Shown: positions 12,301-25,867, counted from the stretch's first letter. The stretch: 64,000 nucleotides of DNA from Lama guanicoe (GCA_013239625.1 MU053934.1:11511003-11575002); one strand, 5' to 3'. Notes: generated from the letters alone by a model not told the origin. Made by a program: numbers and translations.

Positions 12301-12504
12301 CACCACAGCAAACACATGCACGCACACACACGCGTCTACATGTGCACACACACACGGGATGAAGCATGAACTGGGGAGGAGTCCGGTTCTGGTCTCAACC
12401 TGGGCGCCAGCCTCGTCTCCCCAGCCGCGCTGGGCAGGGACGGGGACCCTTCTCTGGTGACAGAGGAGCCGGGAAGTCTCTATTTAGTATATAAACAGTG
12501 TTTC

Positions 12505-13000
12505 TTCTGACCTTTTTAAAAATGAAACATTTCAACTCTAGAGAAAAGTCAATAATACACCAAGCAGCCATTCCCTAACACTCAGATTTAGTCATTTTTG
12601 AAATATTTGCTTTAAATATTTCCCTAAGAAATCAAACGCGATTGAACCCTCGCCCCGAATCCCGTCTGCCTCCGGGCCCTCGGCCTGGAGCCGGGAGAGC
12701 CCCAGAGCGAGCGCGGCCGCACACCCCACTTCCCTGTGCTCAGGTTTTCGTATGTATCCGCGAGGTGGGCTTAGGTTCCTGTGTTTTGCAAACCAGATAA
12801 ATAGTTTCGTTTGTACATTTCACTGTACACGTTGCTCTAAGAAAGAAATCCAGCCTGCGTCTGAGCTGTCGAAGCTGCTACACTCGTCCTCCGTGCATCT
12901 TAGCTGCGTAACGTCCCACCTGAGGAGCAACTGCGTTCAGGCAGGTTTGTTCGCCCTTGACAGCCGGCCCCGTGGGACCCTCCTTCCTGCGCTGCTTCAC
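12505..13000 (-). mobile_element. Degenerate L1ME-like 3' fragment
   Basis: ttttaaaaatgaaacatttcaactctagagaaaag...aataatacacc start typical of old L1 3' ends; boundaries approximate. Confidence 0.4.
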
Positions 13001-13951
13001 CCCGTGAGGAGACGCCATCACCGTCCCCCACGGGGCTGGCGCTGGCTTCCGCTGCTCCCCTGGGGTCCCCGCGACCCCCGGCTCCTGGGGCCTCTCACTG
13101 GAGACCTGCCCTCCGCTCACCCTGGGCTGCAATGCGGCATCATTGGAGTTTTGATTTCCTGGATGAACAGAGAACGCGTCCTGTGCTAGGTCGCCAAGTC
13201 CCCTTCTCTGGGACGACCCACCCTGTCCTCCACCCAGGGGCCCGCTGAGATGACTGGGTTTTGCTTCCTAACTTACAGGAACCCTCTGCGTGTTTCAGAT
13301 ACACTTTCTCAGGTGTCAGCGCACTGCAGGCACCTCTCCGTCTGTGGTTTGAATTTCCCCTTCCCGGGGGCTGTGGTAGGCAGTGCAAGAGTCTTCCTTT
13401 CAAGGTCATTTAAAAAATTTTTGTTCCTGATTGTGCATAAGAGAACTTCCTGAGTTATTAGGTCATGAAGACGGCCTCTGATTTCTTCCGGTTTGTGAGA
13501 CTTCACTTCCCGCGCCTAGAGGCCCCGTCCCCGAGTCTGCGGGGGAGGCCCCGCGCGACTCTTGGCTGCCCCCCGCCCAGGTCTGCCGTGCAGCTGGGCT
13601 TCCTGCCCCGTGGCCGCCCGGGCTCCAGGGGCCGAGCCGGCTAGGTCGGGGCCACGCAGCGGGGACCAGCCGTGCCTGGTCTCTGGAGCAGCTCGGAAGC
13701 AAAGGGCCCCACTCCCGTCACCTCCTTGGTTTACACAGAGCGCCAGGCCCGTCAAGGGCGCACGGCGACTCACCCCAAGGTGAGCAGTCAAGGACGTGGC
13801 GCCTGTGTGTCAAACGCCCACGAGGGCTTGCTCTTGGCGGTCATCTCTTCTGCTTCTCTTCCTTCGTTCCAGCAGTTTTGTGACGTCTCCAGGCTGCCCC
13901 TGGCGGAGCAGGCCCGGGGCCTTCCGTGTGGGTCTGGCTCCTCCGAGACTT

Positions 13952-14384
13952 TGAGACAGGAGGGAAGGGGCAGGGCACAGCCGTCAGCACAAGATGGCGG
14001 GAGCTGACCCCCAGGCGACCGTGACCTTCCTGGTCTGCTCCCGGTGGTGTATCAGCATGTGAATGGCGCTCCCACAGGCGCCCTGACGGCTCTGAGGCTG
14101 ACCCTGAAAGGGCAGGGTGGGCGCAGCCTGGGGTCCCCGGCCCTTCCCCAGAGTGGTGGGAACAGTCCTCCCACTCGTCACCACATGAAGTCACAGAGCC
14201 CCTAGACACTGTCACCCCCGCGCCTCCCTGCCGACTGAGACGCCTGTGCTCAGTCCACGGAGCCTGTGTCTGAATAAACCTGCTTTCACTCCTGTGGCTC
14301 CTCTTGAGCTCTTTCACTCGGCAGGACCCGAGCTGAGCTCTGGGGCGCGGCCCTCCTCTTGCACCCCCACGTTTTCCCGCGTCA
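13952..14384 (+). mobile_element. Solo LTR, MER41-like (ERV1)
   Basis: Starts tgagacaggagggaaggggcagggcaca, contains aagatggcg, ctcccacaggcgccctgac and aataaacctgctttcact, ends ...gcgtca; flanks actt / gctc form at best a decayed TSD. Confidence 0.7.
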
Positions 14385-15039
14385 GCTCTGCTCTCCGCCC
14401 GGCTGCCGGCAGGCTGGCCTCGCTTCCCGGCCTGAGGGAGTAGCAGGCGCTTCCCTGCACGTGTCGCACACCCAGGCCCCCTCGGGGAGCAGAGTGGTGC
14501 CAGCCCTGGTCGGTTTCCAGCCGTGGGGGCTGGGGCCACACAGGGCGGCCTGCGCCTGTCCTCCCGCGGGTGGGGAGCCCTCCAGTGCTGCCCCAGCAGC
14601 CCGCTGGCCTCCCTCCCGCCCGGGCCCCCACAGCTGGCTGGCGGCAGAGCTGAGCCTGGCCACTCCCGCCCCGCCTTCCTGTTGCTCGTTTCTCCTTTAA
14701 AACGTGGCATCGGCCAAAGCCACGTTTCAGGGTGGACCCCGAGACCCCGGACCCTGAGCCCCCACCTGGCTTCCAGGGCGATGATTTCAGCGTCCCCCCA
14801 CTGCTGTCCCAGAGCGGCTGTGTGGGGCAGAGCCCCTGCTGCGAGGTGGACGAGGGCCCCTGCGGTTGCAGGAAAACGCCTCCTAAGTGGCTGCCCGCAG
14901 GGCTGGTTTTAGAAACGTAAACGTGCGCTTGGCCAAGAGAAGAGTCTAGGGAAAGCCTCCTCTGAGACGTCTGAGGCTCTGTTCCCGACGCTCCTTCTGA
15001 CTCACCTCCGGGCGGGTGGCCCTGACCTGCAGATCAGAT

Positions 15040-15360
15040 CCTATTTACAAACCAAAACAGACTCACTGGCGTAGAAAGCCAACGACAGTGACCACAGGGG
15101 AAGGTGGGGAGGGACAAGTCGGGGGCTGGGGACTGACAGACACACACGGCTGCATATAAAGCAGGTGAACAGCAAGGACCTACTGCAGCCACGGGGAACT
15201 GGATTCAGTAGCCTGTAATAACCTTTAATGGGAAAGAATCTGAGAAAAGAAATGCAGGTGTGTATCTGTATAACTGGACCACTTTGCTGCACACCTGAAA
15301 CTAACATTGGGAATAAACCACACTTCAATAACAAATTTTAAAGAGAAAGAAAAGAAAATC
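15040..15360 (+). mobile_element. L1 3'UTR fragment (older cetartiodactyl type)
   Basis: atttacaaaccaaaacagactcac...aacagcaaggacctactg...actttgctgcacacctgaaactaaca...A-rich tail. Confidence 0.85.
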
Positions 15361-15703
15361 ACTTCATAAAATCAAAACCAAAACCATGAAGCATTCTTTG
15401 CCCAGAACTATTTTCAAACATTTTACAACATTAAAATCAGGGCAGGTTTACCCATGAGGCCTGGGACCCCAGGACGGGCAGAGGCCACAGACGTGGGTTA
15501 TAATCTGAAGGAAAATAATGAACATGTAGATCAAAGAAAACGTCTCTATGTCTCATGTATATTAAATACAGATTTGTCTTCACGTCAGTGCAGGCGTGAG
15601 AGAGGCCGAGGGAGCGGCTGACGGACGTCGGGGGAAGGGCCCACGCGTCCTGTTACACATTTCTACGTTTGGTTGGTTTATCTTTTATTAATGAATTTTG
15701 AAT

Positions 15704-16149
15704 TGAGGTGGGAAGCCCCCAGAAAAACCCAGCAGAGCCCCCACTCTCGTGCCGGCACCATCCAGTTCCCTGGCCCAGAGGCCCTATCTCACTTTTTGCC
15801 TTTGAAATGGCTTACTTACCCCTAAAATTCTATTGGTTCCCTGAGCTCACTTCTGATTGGTTATTTCCCTCACTCCTGATTGGGCTATTCCTACAAAGCT
15901 TGTTCCTGGTTGGTCAACTTTTTATACCTTATTTGCATATGATGTTGCAACGAGTAGACTGGCAGCGTATAAAAGCTTGTGTAACCCTGAGGACGGGGTC
16001 CAGAGCTTGGAGTGTTAACTGCTGTGGTCCTGCTAGTGTAATAAACCTGAGTTCTCCAACTCTTCCAGTGCTGCTGGGTTTCTCGCCCTGATCCAGGTTG
16101 CTGTCACAACTGGGCTGTCACACCGAGCTGTAACACATTTTTTGCAACA
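15704..16149 (+). mobile_element. Solo LTR, ERV1-class, copy 2 of 3
   Basis: TG...CA termini, exact TSD gaat (15700-15703 / 16150-16153); ATTTGCAT 15931-15938, TATAAAA 15968-15974, AATAAA 16040-16045. Confidence 0.93.
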
Positions 16150-16153
16150 GAAT

Positions 16154-16780
16154 TTACTTACAGAACTAAATTAAAGTTTTTTTCTTTGCCATATAATTGA
16201 CATCTAATTTGATCTCAGGTATACAGTATCCTCATGAAAAGAATTGGTAACTTTTTTTTCCTAATTTCTTAAAAATCTGACATAAAATGGGAGTTTTCTG
16301 ATCCTTGAGAGGAAATTTGAAATTCTTTTTCTGGTTATGAAGCAGAAATGCCAGTTAAAAGTGTAAACCACTTTTTACATCTAACAGTTACATATCTATA
16401 TATTTGGCATCTTTTTGGAACAGTTTGGGCACATTCTGTTTAAATCATCCACTCTGATGATGGTTTTCAATTTTTCAGGTAAAGTTGTTCATAGTTACTT
16501 CCACTCTGATTACGTGTTTTTAATTACTGAGTTAAAGTTGTTCATAGTATTGCCTTAGTTTTAAGCCTCTTATTTTTTGTGCGGTTGGACTTCTGTTCTC
16601 TCAATAACGTCTGTCTGTGGCCCCCTTCCTCCTTCCATCAGTCTTGCCAGAGCAGCGTCGGCTCTGCTGTGCTGATAAAGTGGTAGCTTTTGGTACTCAC
16701 GACCCTATTTCTTTGTTTCCTGTTTCATTCGTTTAAGTTCATATTTTTTTTTGTTTATTTTGTTATTCTCTTATGTTTTA
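16154..16780 (-). mobile_element. Degenerate old L1 fragment
   Basis: T-rich + strand with L1 antisense-like phrases (aaagttgttcatagt twice, catcagtcttgccagag). Confidence 0.45.
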
Positions 16781-16970
16781 GTAAATCTTTTTTATTTTTT
16801 ACTGTGTATACATATACAATATAATACATATACAATCTTCATATATATGATATAACACATTTTTACTTTAAAAATTATTTTTAGATATTATAAATTATAA
16901 TATATAGAGTTTATTTTAATATAAAATATTTCAATATAACGTATTAAAAATAAAACTATATGTATCAAAC
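16780..16970. repeat. AT-rich low-complexity tract
   Basis: Nearly pure A/T with tata/ataat motifs. Confidence 0.8.
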
Positions 16971-17747
16971 ATTATGTGTTCCTCTAAATGAGGAAGCTAC
17001 ACTCCTTGGGCCAAACCCAGCCCCACCCCCGGTGTCACAGAGCAGGTGTCACCGGCGCACAGACTCACCTGCGCACTCAGGTGTGGTCCGTGGCTGCTTC
17101 CCCTCCAGGTGGCAGAGAGCGGCGGAAGGCCGGGAAGAGGTCCCGTCTGAGCCCCGCAGAGAGCTCAGCCCTTCGTCCGTGCTCCACAGTCTTCAGGTGC
17201 AGCGTTTCTGTCGGCATCTTGTTTTAAATTCCCCGAGAAATGGGTTTTACAGTTCCGTGCTTATGGGGCTTTTTTTCAGTTACTTTTGACTTTGACGTGT
17301 GATGTTCAGAGGACGCATTCTGCAAACACCGATCTCCAGGAACTGCTGGACCGTGGCTGACTGTCCGGCGAGCGCTGACGTGCCCCTGCGGTCTTAGGTG
17401 CGCGGCTCGCGACGGCTGCTGCATCCGGCTTGCTCCTTACGTGCCACAGCCCCCTCTGCCACCCTCTGTCTCGGCAGCCTCTGTCACTGAGCTGTGGTGA
17501 CGCCTCTCGCCGTGATGTGCGTGTGCCTGTTTCTCCTTGAGACTTCTCAAGGACAGTCCCGTTTCTCCCGCCATGGCGCCGCTCTTCCGCCTCCGGAACG
17601 TGTGCTGCTCCGCGTGGCTGTGCCTGGGCGGGCCGTGCCGGCCTGGCTTCCGCTGGGTGTGGCTTGGCCAGTGCGACACGTCGCCTTCCGTCTTTCTGAG
17701 CCATTCTCTTCCTGTGTCTCTTGTCAGCAGCACTTGATCGCGTCCTC

Positions 17748-17803
17748 ATCTGTCTGTCTGTCTGACTGTCTGTCTGCTTGTCTACCTATTTATCTATCTA
17801 TCT
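17748..17803. repeat. (TCTG)n/(TCTA)n compound tetranucleotide repeat
   Basis: Directly visible. Confidence 0.8.
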
Positions 17804-18223
17804 ACACAGAGAGGGGCTTTCTCGAGCAGGTGTCTCCTTGCGCGCTCGGTGGCCAGCAGCGCGGCACGCTGTCCGTCAGGCCCCCGGTCGAGGGCCCCTG
17901 TTGGCCCCCCTCCCGCACGGCACCCTCGCCTCGCAGGTGACTGACTCGATCCTTCTGCGGTTTAGACAGGACCGTCATTTCTGCTCTTGAAGCACTTACA
18001 CCGGGGTTGCGTAGTATCTACGCCAAAACTCACACGGCACCGCCTGCCTGAGTGTCTTCAGCTTCCTCCGACGCACGACAGAAGCGCCCCGGGACGTCAG
18101 CGCCGACGGTGTCCCTCCCGCGTCCCAAGGCCTGCCTCGGGAGGCTTCACGGAGACAGGGCGAGCAACCCCCTGCCGCACGCAGGAGCTGAGCAGCTGAG
18201 AGGTGCGACGAAATTAGGGAGAG

Positions 18224-18265
18224 NNNNNNNNNNNNNNNNNNNNNNNNNNNNNNNNNNNNNNNNNN
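18224..18265. other. Assembly gap (42 N)
   Basis: Run of n. Confidence 1.
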
Positions 18266-19229
18266 GGGGACGGGGACCGAGGGGCCAGGGAAGGGCCCTG
18301 CGCTTCTGTTGCGTTGCTGCCCCTTTAGCGAACGTCTCGGGGGCCTCCCCCCCACCGCCCGCCCCCGGCGCTCGGGGCGGGGCCAGCAGGAGGCCCCGCC
18401 CTCCTCCCGGGAGCCCGGGGCCTGGGCACCGTGATGCCGAGAGCGGAGCAGCCACACTCCTCCCCACGGACGGACGGGCTGCATCCGCACAGAGGCATCC
18501 AGACACCAATGACTTGATTCAGCTCCACCGGCCCCCTTAGCCCGTGGCGGGGGCCTTCTCCAGGGGGCCCCCACGCCGGGGCAGGAAAGCGCCATGCTCG
18601 GGGCTGCCTGCTGGGAAACGGAGCATGTGCACCTGGTCCAGGGACCAGACTTGACGTGGATTGGATCTCACGGGTGACAAGCTGGCACGGCCAGTCGGGG
18701 CCACCACGGGGAAGCAGACGCCCTCCCCAGGTGGAGGATGACGGGAGTTACCCAGCCCAGCGCCGCTTGGGATGGCTGGGTCGTTCATCCCGCATCGGAC
18801 GCCCAGTGTCTCTCACGTCTGCCCTCTCGGCCCCCTCCTGATGGAGCCCCAGCTGTGGACTTGGGTGAGGTGTCTGCCGTTGTGGGGGTGACTGGGCGAC
18901 CCCAGACCTGGAAACTGCAGACAGAGCGCCATCTACCCTGCGGGCCCAGCCATCACCTCGGGGGCCCCGGTGCCGCCCACCCGCTGGTGCTTAGGTGACC
19001 TCGGGCATGTTCACGGAGTGTGCGAGGCCACCCCCAGGACAAGTGGGTCTGGAACACTTTTCTTTTATGACCATTCATAATGGGTTTTAAAAACCAATGG
19101 CCTTCCTCGCCCCCTCCTCTCACGCCTCCTCTGGGAACAAAGGTGCAGCCTCTTAGAGCCACACTGGGGTGGGCGCAGGCCTGGTGGGTGGCATCCAGAC
19201 CTTGCTGTGGGGCGTGTGCTCGTGAACCC

Positions 19230-19580
19230 ACTCTGGGGGCCCAGCTGAGCCCCCGCCTCTGGGACCTCTGGCCCTGCAGACCTTCTGACTCCACCCTGGA
19301 CAAGGAGGTTCCTTCAAGGTGGTTTTGGCCTTGGGATGAGCATTTCTGTTCTAGCAGTGGAAGCTGAAGGTACAAACCTAGGAACTGTCAGCTGGCACCT
19401 GTGTGAGACAGAAGGACACTGGCCAAAGAGTGAAGGAAGGACCGCGCAGGTGAAGGCCGGGGTGGCCAGCGCCTGGATCCAGCTGCTCCTGCAGCCTTCC
19501 TGAGTTCCTGCTCTTCCCCCAGCTGCCTTGGGCTTGAGGGTCCTTACGTCCTTTTATCCCAAACAGTCTTGCTTGGCACT
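19230..19580 (+). mobile_element. Old MaLR LTR (MLT1J/K-like)
   Basis: cctggatccagctgctcctgcagcc core and 3' end ...cccaaacagtcttgcttggcac. Confidence 0.5.
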
Positions 19581-22500
19581 TGCTGCCTTCAGTGCACAGG
19601 CTGGATGTTTATTTAACTTGCTCAGAAGCCCTTTTTGAAGTTTTAAGCAAGAAACCTATGAATAAGAGAGATGGCACTTAAGCCCATGGTGCTGCAAGCC
19701 AGGCTCTTGGGCCCCGTGGGGGTGGCTCCTTCCTGGGGGGGGGCACAGCCTAAGCAGAGGGGGTGACCTGTCACCACCCGCTGCACGACCTGTCTGTCAG
19801 GGGCAGGGTGTGGGCGGGGCCGGGTGGTCTGAGCGGCCTCCCGGGGTCTCCCGTAACTAAGGAGAAAGTCCGGAGACCGCAGGCTCGTTGTCTGCCCGTG
19901 TGTCTGGCCTGTTTCAGTCCCTAACCTGGGCCCTTGAATCACCAGGCGTCTGGAGGGTTGGCTTGACCTGGATTTGGAGGTGGGGGACCTTTCTCACTTC
20001 CGGCCCTGGACCCTCCCCCTGGTCCCTGGGGGGAGTGGGCTGACCCCGCTGATTGGAGTAAAGCCTGGGGAACGTGTGTCCAGCCCTTCCTGTCTGTCTC
20101 CGCGTCTGTGACCAGTGGCTTGTGTTTTGCTGCTTCTTGGGAAAGGGCAAGTTTGGGGGTGGAAGGCGGGCATGCTGTCTGCAGGGCCCACCATGGCTCT
20201 GCCCGGGTGGATGGCAGGGAGTGGATTTAAGGATGGGCTTGGGGGCTGCGTCCCTGAAGGATGCTCTCCAGAAGTCAGCCTTCCTGTGGAAGTGATGGTA
20301 ATTGGATCTGCCACCAGCAAACTCCTTTCCTATCTCCTGACTGGTTGCCAAGCCAGTCAGAGAGGGGAGGCTGACCCCTCTAGACTTGTGGTCCAGCTCT
20401 GCGCTGGCGCCTGGGGGCCGGGGGTAAGCTGGGTCACCAGCACTGATGGAGGCTTTCACAGACACGCCTCATCCTCTGAGTCAGGAGTTCACTGCCTGAA
20501 ACGTAAGTTCCGGCTGACAGTTAGTGGAATTCTGTCTCCCCACCTGGAATGGCGCCGACTCTCTGTCCTGTTGGCAAGAGGGCGCATTCTGTGGGGTTGG
20601 GTCTGTAATGAGGAGGCGCAGGGCTCAGATCTCCTCCAGGAGGAAGCACCTCCCGTGGTGACTCATCACGCAGACTCTGCTCATTCGACGGACGCATTGC
20701 AGAGCTTCAGTTCCTAGGAGTGGGGGGCTGGCTGGCGGGGCAGGTCTGCGGCCCCCGGGCAGGCGTGGTGCGGATGTGCTTGTCCCCGGGGAGGGTCGGC
20801 GTCCCCGCCCAGCCTGGAGCTGTTCCATCTGGAGGAGGTGCTTCCCCTGCGGTGGAGGAGCAGGTGCTGTGCTCCTGGCGTCTCCCCCGGCGGGTGGCCA
20901 GCTGCTGCCTTTCGGGGAGCAGGGGAGGGGCTTTGCCCAGGGGAAGCTGCAGATGAAAAGCGTTTCCTCATTGTTGAGTTGAGCTGCGCCGAGCAGTACT
21001 TGGTTTCTGAATCCCTTCCTACTGGTTTGAAGGAGAATTTCTCACTATGGAAGAGCATTTACTGAGCACACAGAACACCTGGACCCGATTCAGCCTGTGG
21101 GTGTCATCAGAGCCCGGGCCGCCTTCCCCCTCGTGATCACAGAGAAACGTGGCCCAGACGAGCTCCCCTCCCAGCCAGGTCTCCATCAGTTCCGTCCTCC
21201 GGGGGACACGTGGTCCCGAGCCCTCCTGCCGTCCTGTGCGCTCTGGGGCTTGAGCACCCAGTGTTTTCAAGAGACATGTTCTATTTAGGAAGATGACTCA
21301 ACATCCTCTGACCTGGCACAGGGGGTGACTGTTGGGAGCCCAGATTTACTCAACAAAGAACGGATTGCGGGCAGGGTGGTGGCCCCGGCACGTGGCGCTG
21401 GCTGGTCCTCCCTGAGAGCTGGCCTGACCCTGCGCCTGTGTGAGGGTGCCGAGTGCGGGAGGCGCTCGAGTCCATGTTCCTGGGATGAGGGGAGCTGGAA
21501 CAAGCCCTCCTTTGGCCGCGGGTGCGGCCTGATGATGGCATCTACGTTGTACGCTTGTGAGGACGTCGCCGAGGATGAGCGTTTGTCCCTCTGGGCGAGG
21601 TTTCAACGTGGAATTCTGGTCCTTCCGTCTGTCTTACTTCCCGTCGCTCCAAAAGTCGGGAGAGGCGAGAGATGAGGCTTCTGGGCTTAACTCAGAGGAT
21701 GCGACCCCCATCGTGAGGGCTGTGCGGTGGCTCAGCGGCCGGCGGCTGCCGCATCCAGCACAGGGCCTCCCCCGGGGGTTACGGCGTGCCGGGGGCTGCC
21801 CCCACTTCCAGGAATCCTGGATCTGAGACCTGTTCGTATAAACAATTTAGCTTTCCTGTGGTCAGGCCCTGATTTTAAAGCTGATGGGCACACTTAAAGG
21901 GGTGGTTCTAATCCGCAGCCACACCTCCGCCAACGCGTGTGTAGATCTCGGGCGCTGTTTCCATTAGTGCTGCAGGGATTGCGAGAGCAGCGGTCCGTCA
22001 GGCGGGCGCCCTCACACACCCAGCGGTGACACCCAGGCAGAGGCGTTCTCCTAACACCGTGCCTGGCGGCGGAGGGCTGACCAGCCCTGGGTCTTCCCTG
22101 CAGGGCTGAGCGCGAGAGGAGCAGCGCCAGGCGCCCGCGCTGTGAAGCGGCCCTGGGAGGGAGGTGGACGGAAGCCTCGTCATCGGGCGGCTGCCCCGCG
22201 CACTCTACTGCCGGCTGTCTGAGAGCCCGGGGACCACAGCTCGGGGCCAAAGGGGAGAAGCTGCCGAAAGGACGCTCGCCCGTGCTATGACTGTATTCAG
22301 GGCGTCGAGTGACCGTCACTAACAGCATCTGTTGGACTCCCTGCTGCCAGATCTAACACCAGAAGAGGAACCCAGGGAGCAGGATGCGTGGTGACAGCCC
22401 ACGGTTTTGGAAGCACTGGTGTCAAACTGAGACGTGTCACCTAACCCTGGTGGCTGCCTCCGAGTTCGGGAAAGGGCCCCGTCTTCCATACGGTGAAGAC

Positions 22501-24124
22501 GCCCAGGGAGAGAGAGACGGGCCGCGGGCTCTTCTGGGCGGGAGAGTGTGGCCCTGGGCTGGGAGGCCCGCCGTGCGACCGACCCTGTGATCGGGGAGCT
22601 CGGCGGGCCCGCTGTGCGTGTTCAGGCGGTGCAGGAACTGTCACAAAGCGGCAGCTGAAACTGCTGGAGACGTAACTGTTTCAGACAGAACAAACAGCTG
22701 GATTGATGGCCCTCGCTCCCTAACCCTCACAGCGCCCAGGGACGGCAGGGTCCCCTTAGGGGGTCCTTCGCACGCAGCGGAGCCGGCGCGCAGTCTGCAA
22801 GGGACACTGAACTCCACCCACGTCCTCCTGGCAGGGGGCGAGGCTTCACGCCGTCTCTCCCAATCTGGGGGCTTCCCGAGCCCAAAGAAAATGCTGGTAT
22901 GAGGTTTTCCAAGGGGTGTAACTAAAGAAAAAGCATGTTCGGCAAGACTGTCTCTATTCAGAGCAGAAACAAAGCAAGGAGGACCCGTTGGGGCCTGGAG
23001 GGGCGCACGAGGAGGGTGCCCTTCGCAGGGGACTCGGTTCCAGGGGTGTTCATGCCTCTTGCCTGCTAAGCGCGAGTGTTGTGTGATTTTCACCTCGTTG
23101 GCAGGGAGTGGGATGGGGGACAGGACACCGGGCGCTGAGTTCAGCCCCCGTGCAGAGGGGCCTCGCTAGGCCCTCTGCGTGCCCGGGACCGTGCTGACAC
23201 CTGAGCGGAGGCAGGGACCGCAGGCTTTGTATTCCCAGAAGGGACCCTTCTTTGACTTGCTCCGCCTCCTGCGGCCGGAGGCACCGAGGTCCCCGGCGGG
23301 GTCTCCGTTCTCTGTGCCCTCCCACCCTCCAGCTCACGCCTCTCCTCGGCCAGGGTCACCCTGCCTCCCTGGCTGTAAAGTAGATCCCAGAAGGGCACTT
23401 CTTCACCCACGTTAGTCTCAGACCTGGGTCTGGGCACGTACACATGTGTGGGTGCGTGGGCTGTTTTCCACGAGACAGTCTCACGGATGGTTTCCACTTG
23501 CGGCGGCTCTGTCAGGGAAGCAGGAAGCACGCGTGGGTGTCGGTGATGGTGCCCTCTGCCACCGTGGGGAGCACCCACATGGGGCCGGGCTCCAAGCGCA
23601 CACCCTTCTTCCCGTAAACACTCCGCTGCTGCTGGCTGCTCCGTTGTTTTCTGACTTTTCGCTGAGAGATGCCCACTTGCACACACACACCTCTTTGCGC
23701 TCAGCTGTCATTTCCCCGGGAGAGCTTCCTTGCAGGACGATGGGTGAGCTCGCTCTGCACCCTTCAGGTGGGAGTTCCAGGTCATGCCGCAGCCGCACCA
23801 GGAGGGAGTGGGGGTTGGGGGAGTGACTCCGGCGCGTGGCTCGGGGCCCCGCCTTGCAGCCAGCGATGACCTTGATGGCCTTGCGCAGGAGACCGGGAGG
23901 CACCCTGGTGTGTGGCTTGGACACAAGGACACTCTTCTGAGCCTCTTCCACTTGTGTTTCTCCTGATGCACATCATTGACTCCTCATCTCTAAGGACGTT
24001 CTCAGTTGCCCCTTTTGAGACAAAGGCAGTTTGTACTGACCACTTTTATCTGGACAGGAATGGCGAACGCTGTGCAGAAACTCAATAAATGTTTGCTAAC
24101 TCCATCCACTGGCCCATCTAGGGG

Positions 24125-24660
24125 TTTTATTTAAAGGTTGAGTTTTGCTCTAAGATGTTAATTGTGTGGCTTAATAATGATTTCTATTAATGAGGCCATT
24201 AATTTTGTGAACCCGAGCTCAGGGCCGGTGTGGCTGTGGCTCCCGTGCCGACCTTGGGATTCGGCCAGACTGAGGAGAACAGGGAGATTCCCCTCCGCGT
24301 CAGTCGCCGCAGGGCAGGACCGGGCTCAGGAGCTGTTAGGAGGTAATGATTGTGAACTTAATGATTTTAACGGTTTTGGATAAATTACTCCAGAAAAAAA
24401 AAGATCTTCAGTACATTTTATTTTGGAAGGTTTTGTCCCCTGAAGCAATTGATTAGAGGCATAGGAATAGAAGCAGATAAAAGAAGAAGAAAAAGAAAAG
24501 GCGCGTTTGATGATCTGTCTTATTTAAATTTGACTTAGGGCACAGAAGTCCCGGCCCTGTGACTTCAGATGCACAGCTCTGCATTAAAGGGGGGCTGAAT
24601 TAAAGACCACTGTAAAAAGCCTCTAAGTATTTTCTCATTAATTCCTCCGATCGATCAGCG
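24125..24660. promoter_or_regulatory. Candidate conserved enhancer, TAAT/ATTA-dense
   Basis: ttaattgtgtggcttaataatgatttctattaatgaggccattaatt; ggtaatgattg...ttaatgatt; gcaattgattag; no repeat similarity recognised. Confidence 0.5.
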
Positions 24661-25867
24661 AGCGGTCTCTGTCTCCAGGAAGCCGCGGCGGAGGAGCCCG
24701 GATGCGGGGTGAGCCGAGGCGCCGCCGTGCGGACCCTGCTGCGTCCCAAAGGGCCCTTGAATGACGCCCACACCCACTGAGGGTGCCTGGGGCCTGAGTT
24801 TGCCCTTTCCCACATCTTGGACGCTTTTCCTGACACAATTTTGACATTAAAGCAGGTTTCACAGCAGCACCTGAGAAGGAGACATGGGGAGCAGGGGTCC
24901 TCCGTCTGGGGGGTTCTTGGTGGAAGAGTCTCCTGGATTCCACATCGTCTCTTTTCCTTCTGAGATGCTGGCCTGGGGAGCCAGACGTGCAAGGAGCAGT
25001 AAGTAAATGGAGAGCATGAGTATTTTTCAGGTGTTACAGGAAATGTCCGATAAACTCCCCTCTCCTGCAAATTCAGGGCAGAAGCAGGCGGCTTAGCTCT
25101 GAACCGGGCAGAGCCGCTTCCTCCCGGTCCTGGACACCACCTTGCACGTCCTGCAGGCGCTCCCCCGGGGACGGGCTCGCAGACCCACCTGGCGCCACGA
25201 GCTGCCCCTGGCCCGGTGGGTCGTGCTCCGTGAACCCCAGGCTTGGCCCGAGAGAGGAGCGAACCTTCCACGGCGGGAGGCCTGGGGGCGCGTGGGCCCC
25301 TCGCACAGCCCCTCGGTGGAGACATGCGCGAGGGTCCGTCCCCCGCGGACAGAGGTAAGAAATGTGGGAGGGTCTCAGCCGCCTCCCTGCCCCCGGGGTG
25401 GGCAGAGCCAAGTGTGCAACACAGCGGGGACAGGTGGGGGGGGCCTTCCCGACTCACTGGCCCCACCACCAGCTCCTGAACCAAACTGTGCCTCAGCTTC
25501 CCCACAAAGGATTCAGGGGTCATAGGGCACCCCCTTCACGGTGTGGCAGGGACACAGGACAGTGACTGTCCCGGAGCAGATGCTGGGCTTTGCGGGTTGT
25601 GACGGAAATGACTGCACTTTGGAGGCCATGGAGGTCACGCCCAGGACACAGGCACACGGGCAGCAGGTGACTGCGCAGCGTCAGCACCAAATACAGACGG
25701 AACGAGGAGGCGGGAAACGGAAGGGAAGATGGCAGACCTGGAGGGCGGGCCCGGCCTCATGCTGTCCCAACATTGTCCTTCCCGAGGGGGCGCTCAGCAC
25801 GGGCTCCCGGAGCTGGGGAGGCGGGGGGTGAGGACCAGGGCGCATCACTGCTCAGAGCTGTACGTGT

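Larger units (their letters stand above)
17330..18800. promoter_or_regulatory. CpG-dense segment spanning the assembly gap; possible CpG island
   Basis: High CpG density by eye, GC box ggggcggggc shortly after the gap; specificity is low because the whole window is CpG-rich. Confidence 0.3.
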
